Source: Podarcis cretensis (Eukaryota). Taken from it: a DNA stretch of 64,000 bases. This document shows, piece after piece, positions 60,807-64,000 of this stretch. A program made the position numbers and the translations under genes. The stretch lies in the NCBI GenBank assembly GCA_951804945.1, contig OX638155.1:29326001-29390000 (forward strand), in the 5' to 3' direction. Under the pieces are notes generated by a model. It searched no databases. It saw only the letters and a program-made list of their open reading frames with translations, and was not told the origin of the DNA. Within the stretch, counting starts at the first letter, position 1, and the number at the start of each line of letters is the position of its first letter.

Positions 60807-63800
60807 TGCTCAAGAAGTGAGAATTAAGCAGCTTCACCTTTAAATGCTAGGAGAATTGCATTTCACTTCCAACCATAGTTGCAGCCTGTTTCTGAACAAA
60901 ATGTGAAACTTTAGGAAACTTGTTCACTCCCAAACCTCAGAACTCAAGAACAGATCAAAGGCTCATCTACCCCAGCATCTTAGTCAGTCAAAATAGACAA
61001 CCAAGTGCCAATGGGAGGAGGACAAGGAGGACATGAGCACAGCAGCACTTACCTCACTTGTGTTGTCATATAAATGGGAATAATTGTGGAGGTGAGATGT
61101 TAGAATTAAGTGGGAGACAAAAAGAGAACATGAACTCTGAGAACACCTGAGTTTTGAGATTTGGAATCTAGGCATAATACATTTATTTTGTCCATGGTGT
61201 TCGAATAAAGAGGTCTCATTTGTGTCATCCGAAAGACACCATGGCAAAGATTCAGATAATTTTGAAACAGAACAAAATTAATTGTCTTCACGCAAACACA
61301 CATACACACTTCTGATATTGTATTCAAGAAGGGGGGGGGGAGCTAAAATAACAAGACAACAGGACTTTTGAAGGCAGGAAGGAACATCAGAAGGAAAGGT
61401 ACTAACAGCAATTCCATTATGCCAAAAAAACAAAGCAAAACCTCTTAATGTAGCTACTGTCAAGTGGCATATGAAAAGCACTTCTTGCATGGTTTCAAGG
61501 GCACTGTAACTTGCCTGTGCCAAATTGAACAATTTAATGAGAACAGACAGCACAGTTTGTTAAAGGAATAACATTGAATTAAGGGCATTGACTAGGAGAT
61601 TGGGTGACTTCCATCCATTAACTTCTATTAGTATCTCTGGCATTTTAATTGTCCTCCAACTATACATCCAGAAAACTCCGTTCCTCATAGCAGGGTATTG
61701 ATAGGAGACAGGTACCCTGAGCCTGTGTTTCATGTTTAGGAGCTAAACAGCAATTCTTCATGTTCAGACTTTCCTGAAATGTATGGCTCTCCTATACAAA
61801 GAGATGCATGTACGCTGCTGCTTCTGTCATTGAAAATAACAGGGAACCCTACACACTATGGAGATCCATGTGCCTATCAGATCACTGGCAGAGTTCTGGA
61901 TCAGATCCACTTGGCTGTCCTGAATGTGTCTGGCAAGTTGTTGTCGCTGACTTAATAAGGCAAACATACTTGGAATGCCTACACCTTCTTATTTAAGCTC
62001 AACAGAGGAATCTAGGAAGACTCATAGCTCAATATTGCCATGTTGGCTGCCATGGCTCTCCAGGGTTTCAGGCAAGGTAGTTTTTCTAACTCTACCTTAC
62101 CTGGAGGTGCTGAAGATTGAGCCCAGGGCCCTCTGTATGGAGATCAGAAGCTGTAAGCCTAAGCTCTGACCCTTCCATATTATTCTTTGGAATTTAAGAA
62201 ACAGAGATGTGGAATTTGTGGAATAATATGGAACTGGAATAACATGGAATGCTGAATAATTGTCCAGTTGCTCATACTCATTGAGAGGAGTGGGTTTTCA
62301 GAATAAGTGCATATTCTCTTTAATTAAAGCAGCACTTTTTAAAACGTGGAAACTCAGCTTGCTTTATGGTGTTTTATTTCAGGGTTTCCAAATCTGAGTT
62401 TCCAGCTGTTTTTGAACTACAACTCCCATCTTCCCTAGCTAGCAGGTCCAGTGGTCAGGGATGGTGAGAATTGTCATTGTCATGCCAAAGCAGCTGTAGA
62501 CCCAAGTTTCGGAAATCCTGGTTTATCTCACATGTCTATAAAAAAATCAGATTTTTACCCAATTAAAATAAATATAAAAGTGAGTCCTCTGCTGCCTGCC
62601 ATAGTGAGGTCAAAGGCAAATTTCTGAGCATCTCCAGAGCATGGAAAGGTATGATAATTTGGTGCGAGGATGCATGTTATGCCAGAGTTGGGTTGAGGAG
62701 GCAGGACTAGAAAGGCCTGTGCTACTCAACTCCTGCAGCCCACTCTCCCCATTTTTGTGGTGCCCCCTCCCTGAGATATGGCACACATGGCAGCTTTATG
62801 GTTGAGTATATATATATTTGCCTGAACATAGAATTGACTCTAATAATTTTTCTGTGTAGCTGGGTGGCAAAACTTGTTACTGGCAGCTAAAGGCCAGGCT
62901 GCCACTACAAATAGACTTAGCTTGGTTGCTATGGGCAGGGTTGGACAGAGAAAGACAGTGATATGTAGAGATCTGGTGTGCACATGGAAGTGATGGGAAA
63001 TTTGAGGTTTTTGTGTTTCAGGTCAATGGGATCCAGGGGTGAGGTAAGGTATAGGTTCCTTGTGGGACCTGAAGAAAGGAGTAGATCAGAAAGCCCTCTC
63101 ACAACCCCTCTAAACATGTGGCCTCTGAGGTACTGACCAATTTTCCCTGGATGGCTTACCCTACTTAGAAGCTAGTTATGTTGGGAGTAAAAAAATTTCA
63201 GCCCAGTTGTGTTTAGTTGTAGATCCTTTTATAAGTAGCTAATAAATTGTTGCCCTAGCTCACTCAAACAGTTGTGTCTCAATTCATTCTCTGGGGTGTG
63301 CCCACAAATGGATCATAGTGACCACATGTTTCTTTGACAGGAAACCTTAGAGTTTGGGGGTTTTTTTAGGACTGAAATGGTTAACAGGACAGACATCTTC
63401 TTGTTTTGTCAGTTTCAGTTAGAGACATCTTATTTTTAAGTCTCTTCAAAGTGATATTTGCTTTCTTCCCTTTGACAAGCTGTGTTCTCACTTCATATAA
63501 TCCAAAAGGGCTGTGATCTTTTCTCAGACAAAATGACAACTGAAGTCTTGTCTATACAGATTACATTAAGGGGATCACACAGTATTGGAACATTCCAGGA
63601 TCATCAAGAAAAGTGATAACAGTTATTTAAGATAAATGTAGTCACTGATTCCTATTTTTCTGCCACCAAAGTCATTACAACTATTCAAACAGAAGATTAA
63701 AGAAAGCAATGGCCCAAAGCTCTGAAATGTCTTAGGAAAGAACAAACTGTAAATGGAGCATCTGCCTCATTGGATATGTAAAAGGAAAGTGAATAATTTA

Positions 63801-64000
63801 AGTATTGGTTGGAAAGAGAGGACATTCAGAAAAAAGAGGGAGAAAGTGTCCATCAGATCTAACAGCGTAAGGAAGTAATTGATAGGGCTGTGCAGAGGCA
63901 TAACCCCTGCTGATTCACCCTGGAGTCCTGATACGAGGCCCCTGGATTGGGAAGACCACATTCAGGAGATGTGGAATCAGTCAAGAAAAAGGAGGGACTG

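Noticed and set aside
1-64000. Naming the host gene
   Set aside because: No recognisable host coding exon is visible; any symbol would be a guess

Overview
Squamate (most likely lacertid lizard) non-coding DNA, probably a large intron or gene desert of a developmental gene. The taxon is inferred from Sauria/Squam-type SINEs and BovB. No intact host CDS is visible. The window holds many CNE-like blocks, one strong candidate 15-nt microexon (51272-51286, +) and three exon-sized N blocks. Repeats: about 10 Sauria SINEs (three near-identical young copies), MIR-derived SINEs, L2/CR1/RTE/BovB 3' fragments, TA-flanked and hAT MITEs, a solo LTR, and an internally deleted Gypsy element (tRNA-Ser PBS, 5-bp TSD). 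The centrepiece is a ~7.1-kb decayed Ngaro-type tyrosine-recombinase retrotransposon (34161-41242: gag, RT, RNase H, YR, SGNH hydrolase). It lacks the classical split direct repeats or ITR/ICR, but carries a ~340-nt multi-branched fold just before its polyA signal. A ~790-bp non-coding element (48142-48927, minus) shares the same termini, the AATAAAGTTGTGGCC motif and a similar stem architecture with different primary sequence. Together these suggest a conserved structured cis-RNA for YR-retroelement replication. All alignments and folds were done by eye.
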